A DNA stretch of 64,000 nucleotides. It comes from Candidatus Hydrogenedentota bacterium (GTDB lineage Bacteria > Hydrogenedentota > Hydrogenedentia > Hydrogenedentales > SLHB01). The notes beneath the pieces were generated by a model. It saw nothing but the letters and a program-made list of their open reading frames with translations, did no database searches and was not told the origin of the DNA. The stretch covers positions 896,001-960,000 of the forward strand of contig CAXXTH010000017.1 of NCBI GenBank assembly GCA_963668025.2, in the 5' to 3' direction. Each line of letters opens with the position of its first letter. Position 1 is the first letter of the stretch. The position numbers were made by a program, and so were the translations under genes. Below, one piece after another: positions 62,501 through 64,000 of the stretch.

Positions 62501-63846
62501 CATAAGCGCTAACCTTATTTGATGTCTCCTGACGAATCTTCTATACTGGGTGCATGGAAGCAGCGTGGAATGAGAATTGGCAGTGTTTACAGCGTTTTCT
62601 CCCTGCTGGATGGGAGGACAAGGCTCGTGAATTGGGCGCGTGGCACCGCAAGCCTCGTTCTATATCGTCGACGGAATCGCTCCTGCGCTTGCTGTTGATC
62701 CATTTGGCGGATGGGTGTTCTCTGCGTGAGGCTGTCGTTCGTGCTCGAGAAGGGAATGTGGCGTCCGTGTCGGATGTGGCACTTCTTAAGCGGTTGCGTG
62801 CTTCGGGGGAATGGCTGCGGTGGATGGCCGTAGAGATACTTCAACGTCGCGCGGGACCGTGCGTTCGGCCTGCATGGCTGGAGTATTACCGTGTTCGCGT
62901 CGTGGATGCGAGCGTTGTCTGCGAACCGGGAAGCACGGGAACGGACTGGCGCGTTCACTACAGCCTATGTTTATACGGTCTTCAATGCGATGAGTTTCAT
63001 ATTACCGGCCCGAAGGTTGGAGAGAGTTTCGCGCGATTCCGAGTCTCGCCTGGCGACCTATTGCTCGGAGATCGTGCTTATGGGCATCTCAAAGGTTTTC
63101 GTTATGTGCTCGGCCATAACGGGAACTTTCTGACGCGTCTTAAGAATAAAGCCTTCAGTCTTCGGAATGGCGCAGGGAACACCTGTCCACTGGCTGGATT
63201 GGTGGCGTCTCTAGAGGTAGGGGAAGTGGGTGATTGGGCCCTGATTGGCCAGGCAAAGGGGCAGGAGGAGCTGGCGCTACGGATCTGTGCGCTGCGTTTG
63301 AGCGAGGAAGCCGCCGCGCAAAGCATCCGCCGGGCGAAGAAAGAGCTAAGCAAGAAGCAACGGAGTCTGGATCCCGAAACGCTTGTGCTGCATCGCTACG
63401 TCATACTGGCCACATCCTTGCCGGATTCAATATCGCCGCACCAGGTTATCGAGTTGTACCGGGCGCGCTGGCAGGTGGAGTTGGCCTTCAAACGGATGAA
63501 GTCGATTATGGGATTGGGACACTTGCCAAAGGAAGACGAGGAGTCGGCCAAGGCTTGGCTCCACGGCAAAATGCTTGTCTCCTGCCTTGCCCAGGCCATT
63601 GTTGATGAGGGGCGCTTTTTTTCCCCCTGGGGATATCCACTGTGACGATATCTACCGCGAGGCCTCCTTGTGGCGCGAACTCTCTTTCGCCTTGCACCTC
63701 CTTCGCCAAGCGGTCAATCCGACGCTTGGATTATCCGAATGCATCAGCCAGTGGCGGGAAATCGCGAGAGATCTGGCAGAGCCCCCAAGGAAGCGAATGC
63801 AACAGTTGCGTGGTTTGATGGAGGCAATATAAGGTTAGCGCTTATG
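62501..63846 (+). mobile_element. IS4-family insertion sequence (1346 bp)
   Basis: Perfect 18-bp IRs CATAAGCGCTAACCTTAT; 11-bp TSD GGGGACCGTGA at 62490-62500 and 63847-63857. Confidence 0.93.
62554..63645 (+). CDS. IS4-family transposase
   Basis: VVDAS, GDRAY and the YREK signature YRARWQVELAFKRMKS. Confidence 0.92.
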   Translation: MEAAWNENWQCLQRFLPAGWEDKARELGAWHRKPRSISSTESLLRLLLIHLADGCSLREAVVRAREGNVASVSDVALLKRLRASGEWLRWMAVEILQRRAGPCVRPAWLEYYRVRVVDASVVCEPGSTGTDWRVHYSLCLYGLQCDEFHITGPKVGESFARFRVSPGDLLLGDRAYGHLKGFRYVLGHNGNFLTRLKNKAFSLRNGAGNTCPLAGLVASLEVGEVGDWALIGQAKGQEELALRICALRLSEEAAAQSIRRAKKELSKKQRSLDPETLVLHRYVILATSLPDSISPHQVIELYRARWQVELAFKRMKSIMGLGHLPKEDEESAKAWLHGKMLVSCLAQAIVDEGRFFSPWGYPL

Positions 63847-64000
63847 GGGGACCGTGAGGAACCCCCCTACTCGATTCTTGCGTTTTTTTGGCCAGTGGAG
63901 TTGGGTCTCTACTTGCGGTTATCCCGGACATGATCTTCGCGGGATTTCTTTGCCCTGCCGCCGCCAGCGGGCGATTTGGCGGGCGCGGCGCTCCGCTTGC

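Larger units (their letters stand above)
60627..63875 (+). mobile_element. RT-encoding group IIC intron (about 1892 nt net) with an IS4 element inserted in domain 6
   Basis: 5' GTGTG directly abuts intron 1; D5 AACCGCCGTGG...CCCGGTGGTGT at about 62446-62482; after IS removal D6 reads GAGAGGGGGGGACCGTGAGGAACCCCCCTACTCGAT. Confidence 0.9.

Noticed and set aside
63575-63832. 85-aa ORF at the 3' end of the IS4 element
   Set aside because: Lies inside the IS and overlaps the transposase end; no independent evidence of expression.

Overview
GC-rich bacterial chromosome segment. The gene content (hydE/hydF, rex, ppdK, feoAB, outer-membrane and lipoprotein genes) suggests an anaerobic diderm; I cannot assign the taxon from sequence alone. 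The housekeeping backbone contains ftsY (partial), ispH, tmRNA, ppdK, ilvC, a DtxR-feoA-feoB operon, NUDIX, pgsA-der-plsY-GT2-GT2-DUF2304, fkpA, groES/groEL, btaAB, hydF-hydE-rex, DUF58/DUF4129, a GT39 and tRNA-Leu(CAA). There are two accessory hotspots. (1) Downstream of tmRNA (2.4-9.7 kb): an ISKra4 element, a MuF-barnase toxin plus barstar pair, a repeat-flanked GxxExxY pseudogene, and a divergent nucleotidyltransferase/SWIM-SNF2 pair. (2) Downstream of tRNA-Leu (55.6-63.9 kb): an integrase-less mini-island with an IS, then two head-to-tail group IIC introns, one ORF-less and one RT-encoding, each interrupted by a different IS with clear IRs and TSDs. Other notable items: a radical SAM/SPASM enzyme coupled to a tiny lipoprotein with three evenly spaced YG motifs, a promoter- and terminator-bounded 6S-like ncRNA with NrdR-like boxes, several REP families, and dispersed 8/9-nt periodic repeats. 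No CRISPR array was seen. All alignments and counts were done by eye.
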